Notes under the pieces: model-generated
What the model was told of the DNA's origin: nothing
Seen by the model: the letters and a program-made list of their open reading frames with translations, nothing else
Database searches by the model: none
Source of the DNA: Heterodontus francisci
Lineage: Eukaryota
Length of the DNA: 64,000 nt
Assembly (NCBI RefSeq): GCF_036365525.1
Contig: NC_090411.1
Span: 32,132,432-32,196,431 of the forward strand
Reading direction: 5' to 3'
Shown here: positions 16,409 through 33,400 of the stretch, piece after piece
Position numbering within the stretch: position 1 is the stretch's first letter
Layout of the letters: every line of letters starts with the position of its first letter
Made by a program: the position numbers and the translations under genes

Positions 16409-17840
16409 TCCATACCCCTAGTCCAATAGACAGCATGGTATGCTGAAGCTGCAGCATTACGGTATGCTTTAGAAAAGGCAGACCCTATTCAGCCCACATT
16501 AATCTGTACAGATAGTGATTATTGTAAAAGGGCTTACAACCAAGACCTAAAACACAAATCATTGTGGGAAGATAATCTCCATTTGCGAAATGAGAAATGT
16601 AATTGTCAGGTAATTCAGGTACCCGGGCATACCACTGGTTCAGTACATTCAAAGGGCAACAGTCTTGCAGTTGGACAGGCAAAACATTCAGCCTGCATGA
16701 CACCCCCTCGAGAGGGGCCTGCCATAGTTAGTGTAATCACTAGGGCAGAACGGGCAGTTAATCAGGATGAGGAACTGATAGCTATAAGACCCGATGAAAG
16801 AGAATCCCAAAGAATATTCATCAAAGTACTTCTGTTCGGAGACCCCAACTGGTATTGTACTGGTTAAGTTGCCCAAGGGTGCCCAGGGAGTACTCCCGAC
16901 TCACAAAGGAGAACAGCTTGTAAAAGAAGCTCACGAGGGTATAGGTCAGGCACATAGTTGTGCCTGAAAAGCATTCTGCAAATTGACTCCTTTATATTGG
17001 TGGCCAGGCAGGCTTAAAGCCTGTAAAACATATGTGGCAAATTGTGAGCCATGTAATTTGATCAACAAATCATCACTTAGTAAACTGCCACCGTTGGCTC
17101 CTGTGAAGCCTAATAAATCAATGGAGAATTTTTTTGTTGATTTCATTGGACCACTACCCCCATCAATGTGGTGTAAACATGTTCTTGTTTGTGTTGATGG
17201 CTGTACTTCTTTCTGCTGGCTGGTCCCCACAAAAATTGTTTCAGAAACGGCACTTGTCAACGACATTATTACCATAGCTGGTACACCCAAAATCCTACAC
17301 TCTGATCAAGGCAGAGCCTTTGTTTCCAAGGTTTTCAAAGACTATTGTGTGCAAAGGGGGATTAGGTTAGAGCACAGCACACCACGTCATCCACAGTCAG
17401 CGGGACTGGCGGAACGTAAAAACCAGGAAGTAAAAAAAGCTATTGACCAAACTGTTGAGAATCAGAGGGAATAAGTGGACCGCCATCATTCCAGAGGTAC
17501 AGTTTACTCACGGTTCTTTTATTACCTCTACGCTTTCTGACTTCTTGACCCGACAGCAACAATTAGATTTGAAACAAGAAATAAAAAATCAAATTTCTGA
17601 AATTGATCAGAAGATTAGAGAGAAGAATAGATAAAAACAGATAACTAACAAAGCTTGGCAACCTGTAACCGGGGAGTGGGTTCAGGAGAGAAAGTTTGAA
17701 CAGAAACCTGGTTTGAGAACTAAGTGGAAGAAACCTGTTCAAATTCATTCTGTTATTAATGACAGAACTGTCAAAATGTTTGCTAACCAGCCGAATGGCA
17801 AGCACTCTCTTAAAATTGTCTCCGACCTGAAGAGGTGTTC
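16409..17840 (+). pseudogene. pol: Foamy-like pol remnant (RNase H C-terminal part plus integrase)
   Basis: RNase H: SIPLVQ*TAWYAEAAAL...TLICTDSDY...LKHKSLW...GH...SVHSKGNSLA. Integrase: AH..AH..LYWWP..CEPC (HHCC), FFVDFIGPLPPS, HSDQG, STPRHPQSAGLAERKN, frameshifted LTKLL..KW..IPEVQ, and C-terminal GEWVQER..LRTKWKKP..VINDRTV. Several stops and frameshifts. Confidence 0.9.
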
Positions 17841-18518
17841 TGAAGGGTACAGGAATGGAGGAACAGTACAAGGTGCGGTCGTACACTATCTTTCAGGACC
17901 CAGCCTGGAGGATGGCATCGGAAACAACACTAATCGAACTGCAACCAACTGCATCAATAACTGTTCCTCCACCACGCAGGACCTCGCAGTGCCTCAAAGG
18001 TTGGTTTCACAGGGAACCACACTCGGTGCAACGAGCGATAGTCAAGTCACAACAACAGAAGAAGGAAATACTGTGGGAAAGGAACGAAGCACTGAAGACT
18101 CTCAGTGATGGGGCTTACTCTTGTGTAAAGCAAGGATAAAGGACTTTATCGGTTCAAGATCAAGCGGCAGCTAGGCAACCTTACTTCTCTACCTCATCAC
18201 ATGGTTTTGTCGATTGATCATTGATGTTCAACATGTCAAGATACAATCATCTCAATAGACATTTTGTGACTTCAGATCACCGACACTTTGTATCGTTTTA
18301 TTCTGAACTTTGTGATAAAGTTAAAAGATCCATTTTTGGAGAATTTAGATGATCCATGTGAAAACGTGGACTATGATTGCTGTCAATGTAATCTTTTGTA
18401 TTACTGCACGATTTTACATAATGGGTAATGACACTTTATTGAATGTTTACATTTTAGACATTACTTAGTTAAAACAATCTATTTTTGTTGTTCGCCTTAA
18501 TACTGGTCAAGAGGGGGG

Positions 18519-19173
18519 TGTGATGGAATATAGGTATAATAGACTTAATTAGGTAGAATTTAGATATAGTTAATATATTATACCTTTTAGAATTAAAGAC
18601 TGAATAAATGGTCAGTTTTCAAGACTCACTGAAATTCCCCTTTAAGAAGGTAGAGTTAGAAATTTCAAGGTCTTTCAAGGTCACTGTTACAATAGAATGT
18701 GAACCAGAAACAACTTTTAAGTTGGGAAATCCATTTCAGTGTCTCTGTTGCCAAGGACTTGGAGGATAAACACACATTGAAATATCATGTGTGACGTCAG
18801 TAAGAGGTAGCAATAAACGTAATTGATAGTGTTGGTTGATGATGTAGGCAGATCGGCTCAAAAGGTTGTTACAAGGTACCATAAAAAACACAATTATAGA
18901 TAATAAAACAATAATAGAACTTACAGGAACAAGAGGTCAAGTAAACACAATTATAAATATTTTGACCAGATAAATGCTCACAACTTTAAGAGCAGGGGAA
19001 TTCCAGCAAAACATTAAGTGGAGATGTTAGTTAATGATACAATCAAATATGGATTTCAAAAGCAGGAAAAACACACACAGAAAAGTAACACATATATGTT
19101 AAAAGGTCAGATGATACCTTAGAAACAGTATAAACAGGAGAGTTTCTGAAGCAAAAATTAGGAGTGTTGAATC
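18519..19173 (+). repeat. 3' LTR, truncated just after its TATA box
   Basis: Follows the PPT and matches 14501-15498 (minus the SINE), then switches at gttgAATCtgcatgtacttc into ferritin promoter sequence. Confidence 0.88.
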
Positions 19174-19350
19174 TGCATGTACTTCACAGCTCTGATTGAC
19201 TCTGGGTCTCACCCCCTCCCTAATAGCCCTTACGCTTTGTTAATTGGTGCCTGGATTCATGGGAGATTCCTGACTGGCTATCAGGGATGTCAATCATCGT
19301 TGGTGATGTCATTCCCTGTTTGAAATCAGGCTGTCTCAGTGGTATAAATA
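19174..19350 (+). promoter_or_regulatory. Ferritin copy 2 promoter, 5'-truncated and fused to the LTR
   Basis: The CCAAT site reads ctgattgac instead of ctgattggc. GGGAGATTCC at 19261-19270, TATAAA at 19343. Confidence 0.7.
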
Positions 19351-19430
19351 CAAGAAATTTTGGTAGAAAGGGTTATTGCTGGAATTTACTAGGTGATATT
19401 GAGTAGTAATAGTATATAGTAATAACTAAG

Positions 19431-21371
<1,941 letters not shown>

Positions 21372-23885
21372 ATGAACTGACTGCAGGGTTCAAGCTTGCT
21401 GTGTTTAGTGCTCATGTTTTCTCTAATTGTGGATGTAAGAGTTTGTGGAATTGAAACCTGGTGTCTGTGTGTAGTGCAATGTTAACTGTAAATAAACTAC
21501 TCAATATTGGACTGGGTTTTGCCTCCATTGTGTTGTATTTTGCAGATTAACAGTTCACATTGGATAAAAAGAATTAAACTACTGGTTAAGCAGCATCTCA
21601 TTAGGTTAATCTGATAAATAGATCTGGAATGTCTTTCTCCACAGCTGCTGACCTGAGTATTTCCAGCATTTTCTATTGTCTTTTCAGTATCCAGTGGTTT
21701 TTCATTCAAATTACACCTGGCCTGTGCAATAGCTTTTATTACCAGTCAACCCTATGACTTTCATTTACTCCCTTCCCAATTATGATTAATGCTCGACTTG
21801 TAATGATCAGGGTCACATGTTGAAGGTCTTTGCTCAATTGTGTACTGAGTTGTAATTAGCAACTGCAATGACTACTGCAGCCATATGTAAGAAATTCTAA
21901 TACTATAATGTGTTTATATAGCACCTTTTTTAATGTTAGTAATGCTCCCATGAAGCACTTTGCAAACAGAAGTGACTCTCCTCCACATAAGGAGAGAAGG
22001 CAGCTGACCAAACTCTTCACCAAAGAGATGGTGAGAGTTGTTCTCAAATGCAATGACATTTTGGGGAGGGAACTCCAGAGCTTAGAGCCCAAGTGAATGG
22101 TACCACTGGTGCTCAGTCACTCTCTGCTTTAATGACACCTAACCTTCAATGCATGAAATATCAGCTATTACAACTGTTGGCTTAAATTACAAATAATGCG
22201 TTGTGATGTAATGTCTCTCTATTTCCATCCAAGGCTCAATTTAAGATTAGTATTGGCCTTGGGCAGAGCTACTTCAGAATCTACCAATCCCACTGGGATA
22301 GCTAGGGTGGCTCTTGACAAAATCTATAACTTTAGATTTCCTAATGAGCTTTGTGGGCAAAAAGGCCATTCAGCATTTGAGGTGAGTTCCCTGAACTCCC
22401 TACTAAATAGAATTAGTTGGGTGACTTGGGAAATCAATCTGAACTTCTGTAATTACAGTGGGCTTTTAGGAGTTGGGGGAGGGGTGGAGAAAGTATGGAT
22501 TCATTATTGGGAAAGGATTGAACTTCAGTTCTGAAAGTCTTGCACTTGTTTCCTCTACTAAACAATATATCTAGGTGCTCGCTCCTTCAGATTTTTTTTT
22601 AAAAAGGGTTTCATTGAAGCCAGAGGGATATGTGTGGAGCTCACTTAAATTCAATCCTTCCAGAAAGATTAGATTGGATTTCATTAAATGCACGAAGCAA
22701 AAGTAGTCAAGAACTAAATAGCTATTTTCTCCTGTCAATTTATAAAGTAACTACTAGCAGCTCCTTCACTAATATATCAAATAGTATTTAGGTACATTGT
22801 ACATTACATACCAAATAAGAATCATCCTTTCCAAATCCTACTGGATCTCCAATTGTCTCCTTCACCCCTATAGATGGATTTAAACAATGCTGCAACTATA
22901 ATTATCTAAAGTTTACAAGTTAACTTTAGGAATTTAATTGAGAATTGCAATGAAATTGTCTTCAGACATTTGAAGTTTCCTGTCACTTTATTTGGCCTTT
23001 ACTATTTATGAAAATTCACAAATGCCAAAGGATACTTTTCATCACCTTAAGCTTTTTGTAATCAACATTTCTACTTCCTACAGCTACTGTGATAATTCAA
23101 AGTGGTCCTGTGGAAAGGATCAATCAATAGTTTCCTCAAAACCAGTAACCACAGGCCTTAATCAAAGTCTCGGGTGGCCATTGAGTGACCACATGGTGGC
23201 CATTGGTTTTTAGTCAAAACCCTTTGCGACTGCAGGACATTCACTGCATCTCGGATCCTTTTTGACCAGAACAGGTGTAAATACCCGGATACATTTTCAG
23301 GTCAGGTGGGTCAACTGTGCCCATTGGTGGCATCTCTCCTGAGAGGCTCGTGCCTTTAGCGTGACTGCTGGCTCCAGATGTGACTCACTGCCACCCGGTT
23401 TGGTCCATCTAAAAAGAGATTTAATCCAAGGCAACACATCTCATCACCTAATTCAAGACTAAACCACTTCTGCAATGAAACCAGATGTCACAGCTTTAGA
23501 TCTCAGAGGAACACAAACTTGAGGCAAAAGAACCAATGGGGGAGATGAGGAGAATTATTTTTACACAGATCCTTACAAGTAGTAAACTTGGTCAGATTAT
23601 AAAAAGCTACTTTAGCAAAAGTAGCAAATTATCATTTAATTTGAAGTTGTGATGCTGGAATGTTAAACCACGAGGTACTGTCAGATGTATAGAGTGTCAA
23701 GGAATCTTCAGGAAGGTTGCAAAGGAGGTTTACCTGGAATTTACCAGGGATGAGGGACTTCAGCTGTGAGGAGAAGTTGCAAAAGTTAAGACTGTTCTCC
23801 ATGGAACAGAGAAGGTTAAGAGGTGACTGAACAGAGATCTTCAAAGTGATGAGAGGGTTTGATAGAACAGATAGAGAACAAAAGC

Positions 23886-24095
23886 AGTGACATCATCGAG
23901 ACTAAGCTCCCAAATCTGCCTGTACTTCAAAGCTCTGATTGGCTCTGGGTCTCTGCCCCTCCCTAATAGCCCCTCCCCTATGTTAATTGGTACCTGGGTT
24001 CATGGGAGATTCCTGACTGGCTATCAGGGATGTCAATCGTCGTTGGTGATGTCATTCCCTGTTTGAAATCAGGCTGTGCCAGTGGTATAAAACAA
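23886..24095 (+). promoter_or_regulatory. Ferritin copy 3 promoter
   Basis: Same blocks; GGGAGATTCC at 24004, TATAAA at 24086. Confidence 0.7.
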
Positions 24096-24171
24096 GAGAT
24101 TGTGTTAGAAAAGGTAAGTGTAAGTTGTGGAACTTTCTAGGTGGTAGTAATAGTGTATAGTAAAAGTGAAG

Positions 24172-26348
<2,177 letters not shown>

Positions 26349-27272
26349 CTCAGTCACTGCAGTCAGTTCATTGTGTTTGGCATTCCTGTTAATGTAATAG
26401 TGTGCAAGATTTGCCCTATTCTTTGGGGAGTTGTCTTTTGTACAATGTGTTGAGTCTCTTGTGGAAGTGTCATGTTAATTGTAAATAAACTGCTCAATAT
26501 TGGACTGAATTTTGCCTCTTTATGTTAATTTGGAATAATGGAAATGTTTAACTTTATAATGTGGTTTGCATCAGACAGGAATTCCACTGGGTTATAGCAC
26601 AGCTGTGTTGTGGGGTTCAGTTTAAGGTTATCTAATATTCCAATCTGTAATAACACTTTTTGTTTTTTTGTTTTGGTTTTTTTTTTTTAAAAGATGTGCA
26701 GTTTCCTTCGATCCTTTCAATGATTATTGCATTTTGAGAGCAGCCTGCACTTACACATTGTAAAACATTCCAAAATTGTTAAACAAAATATGACATTGAG
26801 ATACAAGAAGAGAAGACAGTGACCAAAAGCTTAGTCAAAGAAGTGTGTGCTTTTTTTTTCTTTAAAGGGATGTTAGGAAGAGGTTTGAGAGAACACTAGA
26901 AGCTTATGTACAAAGAACTCTTCCCACTGGTGCTGAATATTCTCTGCTTCACTGACAAATTTCACTAATGCCTAAATACACAAATATTAACTGCAACTCC
27001 TTTTAAAATGGAAAAGGATGCTTTGGAATGAGTTAATGTTGTACTATTTCAGTCCCAGTATCTGCCCTAGGAATGAGCAGTTCTGGTATTTAATGAGCTA
27101 CCAGTCTCAGTCTGAGTTCTGACGGTGGGATATACCTGCTCTAGCTCACTCAAATTCATAACTGCTGCTTCAGCCTTCCTGCTATGGCTGTTGTATTCAC
27201 AAAATCTGAATTCCAAATATTGGGATGCATTACAATTGTGTGACTTGGAAATTAACCCAAACTGCCATAATT

Positions 27273-27575
27273 GGGTGGCGCAGTGGTTAGTACCGCAGCC
27301 TCACAGCTCCAGGGACCCGGGTTCGATTCTGGGTACTGCCTGTGCGGAGTTTGCAAGTTCTCCCTGTGTCTGCGTGGGTTTTTGCTGGGTGCTCCGGTTT
27401 CCTCCCACAGCCAAAGACTTGCAGGTGATAGGTAAATTGGCCATTATAAATTGCCGCTAGTGTCGGTAGGGAATATGGGATTACTGTAGGGTTAGTACAA
27501 ATGGGTGGTGGTTGGTCGGCACAGACTCGGGCCAAAGGGCCTGTTTCAGTGCTGTATCTCGAAATAAAAATAAAT
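27273..27575 (+). mobile_element. V-SINE (HE1-like)
   Basis: GGGTGGCGCAGTGGTTAG...GGTTCGATTC (A and B boxes), V-domain-like core, tail gggcctgtttcagtgctgtatctc followed by an A-rich end. Confidence 0.85.
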
Positions 27576-27949
27576 CTCACCCTCCTATCAGGAGGGAGAA
27601 GGTATGGATTCTGGGGTAGAGGAGGGACTTTATTTTGAAAATCTTGTACCTCTCTATTGAATAAATTTATCTAGGCTCTCATTCCCCTTCCAAAAAAGTT
27701 TGGATAAGGTGGTGCAGTCAGAGGAGAGTGTGTGGAAATGTACCCCAATCTAATGCTGCTGGAAGCAGTGAACATATTTCATTAAATGCATGAAGCTGAA
27801 ACTACATGTTGGCATCCTTCCATCTATGAAAGATGATGGACATGAAGTGAACAAACCATTTAGTTATTTACAGCACAGAAGGAGCCCATTGAGTCCATAT
27901 CAGCTCTCCACGGAGCTATGCTGTCAGTCCCAGTCCCTGGCTTGATCCC

Positions 27950-28410
27950 TATCATTGGGGTGTCTTCTCTTGGTGCACCTTTGCTGATGGCTATGAAGGG
28001 CAATCCTTGATTGGCACATTCTGCCACAAGTGCTGCACCTGAAGTTACCAAGTGATGCTGAGTTGTTTTTGGCATTGGCACCTGTGTCAATCTACTCTGG
28101 CCATTTGTTGGCATGGTAGTGCACGCCAGTCCAGAGGATAAGTCACCATTTCCCTCTTGTGCCAGCTGGTGCCTCCCAGGTGTGATATTCGACCTTTAGG
28201 GTCTTCATATCATGCTTACAAGCATCCTTGAAGTGGAGTTTTGGCTGCCCCACTGATCTGCCTCTGGCTATCTCACCAGACCTTGGGTATGTGACCATCT
28301 TCCATCCTGCAGACATGTCCGATCCACCAAAGCTGCCTCTGTTTGATCGGCGCCAACACATTTGGGAGCTCTGCCTTTGAGAGGACTGCCACATTTGTGA
28401 TTTTGTCCTG
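27950..28410 (-). mobile_element. Old RTE LINE 3' fragment, co-duplicated with the gene units
   Basis: Remnant frames WQDKITNVAVL..WIGHVCRMEDGHIPK and PKLHFKDACKHDMK. Confidence 0.75.
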
Positions 28411-28951
28411 CCATCTAAAACACAGATTTAATCCAAGACAACACATCTCATCACCTAATCCAGGACTCAACCACTTTTGCAACGAAACCAGATGTCAACA
28501 CATTGGATCTCAGACAAACACCAATGTGAGACAAAAGAACCAAAGGGGAGAGATGAGAATTACTTTTAAGCAGCGAGCTGATATGATCTGGAATGCACTG
28601 TCTGAAAGGGTGCTGGAAACAGATTCAATAATAACTTTGAAGAGGAAGTTGGATATATACTCGAAAAGGAACTAAATTGCAGGGCCATGGGGAAAGTCCA
28701 AGCCAATGCGACTGATTGGATAGCTGTTTCAATGAGCCAGCATAGGCACGGTGGGCTGATTGGCCTCCTTCTGTACTGTATAAACCTACTATAAGTCAGA
28801 GTATCATCATTTTAATCTGATTCAAATATTCTTTAGCCTCATGGAAAGTTAACCATAAAAGGACTCATCTAACATACAGAATTAATGGGCAGGAAAAGAC
28901 AGCTGGCCCATAAAGCCTGCCCCAAAACACACTACAGCAAATGGAGACGGG

Positions 28952-29879
28952 GCTTATTTTTTTCTTTCATGGGTTGTGGATGTCGCTGGCAAGGCCAGCA
29001 TTTGTTACTCATTCCTAATTGCCCTTGAGAAGGTGCTGGTGAGCCACCTTCTTGAACCTCTGCAGTCCGTGTGAGGTACACCCACAGTGCTGTTAGGGAT
29101 GGAGTTTCAGGATTTTGACCCAGCGACAGTGAAGGAACGATGATATAGTTCCAAGACAGGATGGTGTGTGACTTGGAGGGGAACTTGCAGGTGGTGCTGT
29201 TCCCATGTGTCTGCTGCCTTTATCCTTCTCGGCGGTAGGGGTCACGTGTTTCGAAGCTGCTGTTCAAGGAGCCTTGGTGAGTTGCTGCAGTGCATCTTAC
29301 AGATGGTACACACTGCTGCCACTGTGTGGACAGAGTGTGGATGGGGTGCCAATCAATGGGGCTGCTTTGTCCTGGATGGAATTAAGCTTCTTGAGTATTG
29401 TTGGAGCTGCGCTCATCCAGGCAAGTGGAGAGTATTCCATCACACTCCTGACTCGTGCCTTGTAGATGGTTGACCAGTTTGGGAGTCAGAAGGAGAATTA
29501 CTCACCACAGAATTCCTAGCATCTGGCCCACTTTTGTAGTTACGGTATTTATATGGCTGGTTCAGGCAAGTTTCTCTTCAATGGTAATCTCCAGGATGCT
29601 GATGGTGGAACATTCAGTGATGATAGTACCGTTGAATGTCAAGAGGAGATGGTTAGGTTTTCTCGTGTTGGATTGTCATTGCCTGGCACCTGTGAATGTT
29701 ACTTGCCAATTATCAACTCAATCCTAAATGTTGTCCAGGTCTTGCTGCTTGTCGACACTGGGAGTTTCAGTATCTGAGGAGTTGCGAATGGTACTGAACA
29801 CTGTGCAATCATCAGTGAACATCCCCACTTCTCAATTTATGATGGAGGGAAGATCATTGATGAAGCAGCTGAAGATGAT
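28952..29879 (-). mobile_element. CR1/L2-group LINE 3' fragment
   Basis: Minus strand encodes STIYKARVRSVMEYSPLAW (RT C-terminal region) with a T-rich tail at the left end. It interrupts sequence that is contiguous in unit 1 (aatggagacg|tgtctgtgggtgac). Confidence 0.7.
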
Positions 29880-30146
29880 CTGTGGGTGACACTGTATTCA
29901 GTAATGTTCACTCCCTCTCATTCTCTCATTTCCATTTCTCTGTCCAATGGTTGGTTTGCAAATTCACTCAAGACGACTTGATTGCTTTCAATATTGTATC
30001 AGCTCCACAGTTCCTTGCAAGTAATAAACTGGGCCCGATTATGAAAAGCCACCTCAGTGAAAGTAACAAATTATCATTTAATTCAAATGAAAGCGTTAAA
30101 CAACAAGACATTTTCAGATTTGAAGGTGGTCAAGGAACCCAAAAGT

Positions 30147-30352
30147 AATGACATCATCGAGACTAATCTGTCAAACCTGCTTCTATTTCAAAGCTCTGAT
30201 TGGCTCTGGGCATCACCCCCCTGCCCCACAACTCCTCTCCTTTGTTTATTGGTCCCTGGATTTATGGAAGATTCCTGACTGGCTATCAGGGATTGTCAAT
30301 CATTGGTGATGTCATTCCCTGTTTGAATGCAGTCTGACCAAGAATATAAATC
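30147..30352 (+). promoter_or_regulatory. Ferritin copy 4 promoter
   Basis: ATGACATCA, ATTGG, GGAAGATTCC variant, TGATGTCA, TATAAA at 30345. Confidence 0.7.
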
Positions 30353-30409
30353 CAAGAGCTTGTATGAGAAAGGTTTAGTTTCAGATAATAGTGTATAGAG
30401 ATAGTGAAG

Positions 30410-33400
30410 ATGGCTTCTCAAGTGTGTCAGAACTACCACAAGGACTGTGAGGATGCTGTTAACAAGCAGATCAACATGGAGCTCTATTCCTCCTATGTTT
30501 ACCTGTCCATGGTGAGTCTTGTGTTCTTTGTTATTGTACTATCAAAAGTGTGAATTTCTCCAGTTCACTGTTTAAAGCTTTAGTTCTCTTTCCTTTCTCT
30601 GTTGGGAGAAGAAACCTTTTGGGAAGTGAATGTTTTGAAGTGTGTAATACAAGGGGATGATAAGTTAATGGACTGTTCCTTTTAGTAGCTGCTCTCTATT
30701 GAGGTTTAATATATGAAACAAGCTCAGCTGCTGCCTGTGTAACTGATGAGCACAAACCTGGTCAAATGTTTGTGAATTTTGACAAATGTCAACAATGAGG
30801 TGATTGTAGTTGGTGAACTGTTGGTTGGTTCTCTCTAGTTTGCTTTCCTCTTTGTGTGGATAAGAACTACTGAGAATCCTGGGGTTGAAATCTTGTTTAC
30901 TATTGAACTATATTGTGTAAAACTACTGGAATTAGAGGTTTGTTCCATGCCCAATATTTAGTTTAGTATGGATCAATATTAATTACTGTCTTTTTTTGCT
31001 ACCTTGATGGTTCAAAGTGCTTTGCAACCAATGAAGTATTTTTGTTCCTTTCAGTGTTGCCATTGTAACAAAACAGCCAATTTGTGCACAATGGAATCTT
31101 GCCAAGTGAGGTAATCAGATTATCTCTTGGTGGTTTTGGCTGTGAAATAAATATTGGCCTGGACCCTGGGGAGAACTCTCTTCTTTGAAATAGTGCTGTG
31201 TTATTTCCCATCCCAAGAGGACAAATGGGAACCTTGCTTTAACATCCTATCTGAATGGTGGAAAGTAGGAGGTTCCACTTATCCAGCACTAAGGTTATAG
31301 AGTTGTACAACATAGAAACAGGCCCTTTGGCCCACTGTGTCCATGCTGACCATAATGCCTATCTATACTAATCCTGTCTGAATTAATTCCATATCCCTCT
31401 ATGCCTTGCTCATTCAAGTACCTGTCCAGATGCCTCTTAAATGTTGCTACTGTTCCTGCCTCCACCACCTCCTCTGGCAGCTCATTCCAGATACCCACTA
31501 TTCTTTGTGAAAAATTTACCCCTTTTGATCCCCTTTAAACCTCCTCCCCCTCACCTTAAATCTATGCCCTCTAGTTTTAGTCACCCCTACCATGGGAAAC
31601 AGACTCTGGCTATCTACCCTATCTATGCCTCTCATAATTTTATATACCTCTATCATGTCCCCTCTCTGCCTCCTTCACTCCAGGGAAAACAGACCCAGCC
31701 TATCCAATCTCTCTCTTTATAACTCAAGCCCTCCAAACCAGGCAACATCCTTGAATCTTTTCTGCACCCTCTCTAGCTTAATCACATCTTTCCTGTAGTG
31801 TGGTGACCAGAACTGCACACAGTACTCCAAATGCGGCCTAACCAATGCTATGTACAACTGTAACATGACGTCCCAACTCTTGTACTCAATGCCTCGGACT
31901 GATGAAGGCAAGCAAGCCATAGGCCTTCTTCACCACCCTGCCTACCTGTGTTGCCACTTTCAGGACACTATGTACTTGCAACCCAAGGTCTCTCTGCTCA
32001 ACAACACTCCCCAGGGCTCTGCCATTCACTGTATATGTCTTGCCCTGGTTTAACTTTACAAAATACATCACTTTGTACTTGTCTGCATTAAATTCCATTT
32101 GCCACTCTCTTGCCCACTTGCCCAGTTGATCTATATCCTGTTGTAACCTTGGACAACATTCTTCACTGTCCACTATACCACCAATTTTGGTGTCATCTGC
32201 AAACTTACTAATCATGCCCCTTACATTCACATCCAAGTCATTAATACATATGACAAACAGAGGGCCCAGCACCTATCCCTGCTGCACACCACTGGTCACC
32301 AGCCTTCAATCTGAAAAACAACCCTCCAATACCACCCTCTGCCTCCTATCACCAAGCCAATTTTGTATCCAATCTGCTAGTGCACCCTGGATCCCATGTG
32401 TTCGAACCTTCTGGACCAGCCTACCATGCAGAACCTTGTCAAAGGCCTTGCTAAAATCCATGTAGACAGCATCCATTGCCCTGCCCTCATCAATCCTCTT
32501 GGTCACCTCAAACTCAATCAAATTTGAGACATGATGTCCCACGCACAAAGCCATGCTGACTATCCCTAATCAGACCATGCCTTTCCAGATGCATATAAAT
32601 CCTGTCTCTCTGAATCCCTTCCAATAACTTTCCCACCACTGATGTAAGGCTCACCGGCCTGTAGTTCCCTGGTTTATCCCTGCTGCCCTTCTTAAAGGCA
32701 CAACATTAGCTATCTTCCGGTACCTCACCCGTGGCTATCGATGATACAAAAACCTCTGCCAGGGCCCCAGCAATCTCCTCCCTTGTTTCCCATAGCATCC
32801 AAGGATACACCTGGTCAGGCCCTGGGGATTTATCCACCTTAATGTGCTTCAAAACCTCCAACAGCTTCTCCTTTGTAATGTTGATATGCTCCAGGATCTG
32901 TGTTCCCTCCCTTGAACTCACTAGCTTCCATGACCTTCTCCACAGATGAGAAATATTCATTTAAGACCTCGCCCATTTCCCGTGCCTCCACACATAGATT
33001 GCCACACTGATCCTTAAGGGGACCCACACTCTCCCTAGCTACCCTTTTACTCTCTATATATTTATAGAATCCTTTAGGATTCTCCTTTATCTTATCTGTC
33101 AGGGAAATCTCATGGCCCCTTTTTGCCCTCCTAATTTCCTTAAGTGTAGCCCTACGTCCCTATACTCCTCGAGGGACTCTCTCGATCCCAGCTGCCTATA
33201 CCTGACATTCTTCCTCCTTTGTCTTGAACAGACCCTCAATATCCCTTGTCAACCAAGGTTCCCTAAACTTGCCAGCCTCGCCCTTCCATCTAACAGGAAC
33301 ATGCTGGTTGTTTGACTTGACATGAAATGTATTCCCAAACTTCATTTTAATTTGCTGATTTTCTTCTGTAGAGAAAGGAGGAGGGGCTATTAAGCATGTT

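Larger units (their letters stand above)
14501..19173 (+). mobile_element. Endogenous foamy-like (spuma-like) retrovirus, internally deleted provirus
   Basis: Two direct LTRs starting TGTGATGGAATA (14501 and 18519), PBS-like TGGCGTCCAA at 16081, PPT AAGAGGGGGG at 18509-18518, and RNase H plus integrase remnants collinear with prototype foamy virus Pol. Confidence 0.88.

Noticed and set aside
27273-27345. tRNA gene
   Set aside because: The A and B boxes belong to the head of a SINE found four times in the window.
29433-29445. TGTGATGGAATA on the minus strand matching the LTR start
   Set aside because: A chance 12-mer inside LINE coding sequence (VMEY); no further LTR similarity.
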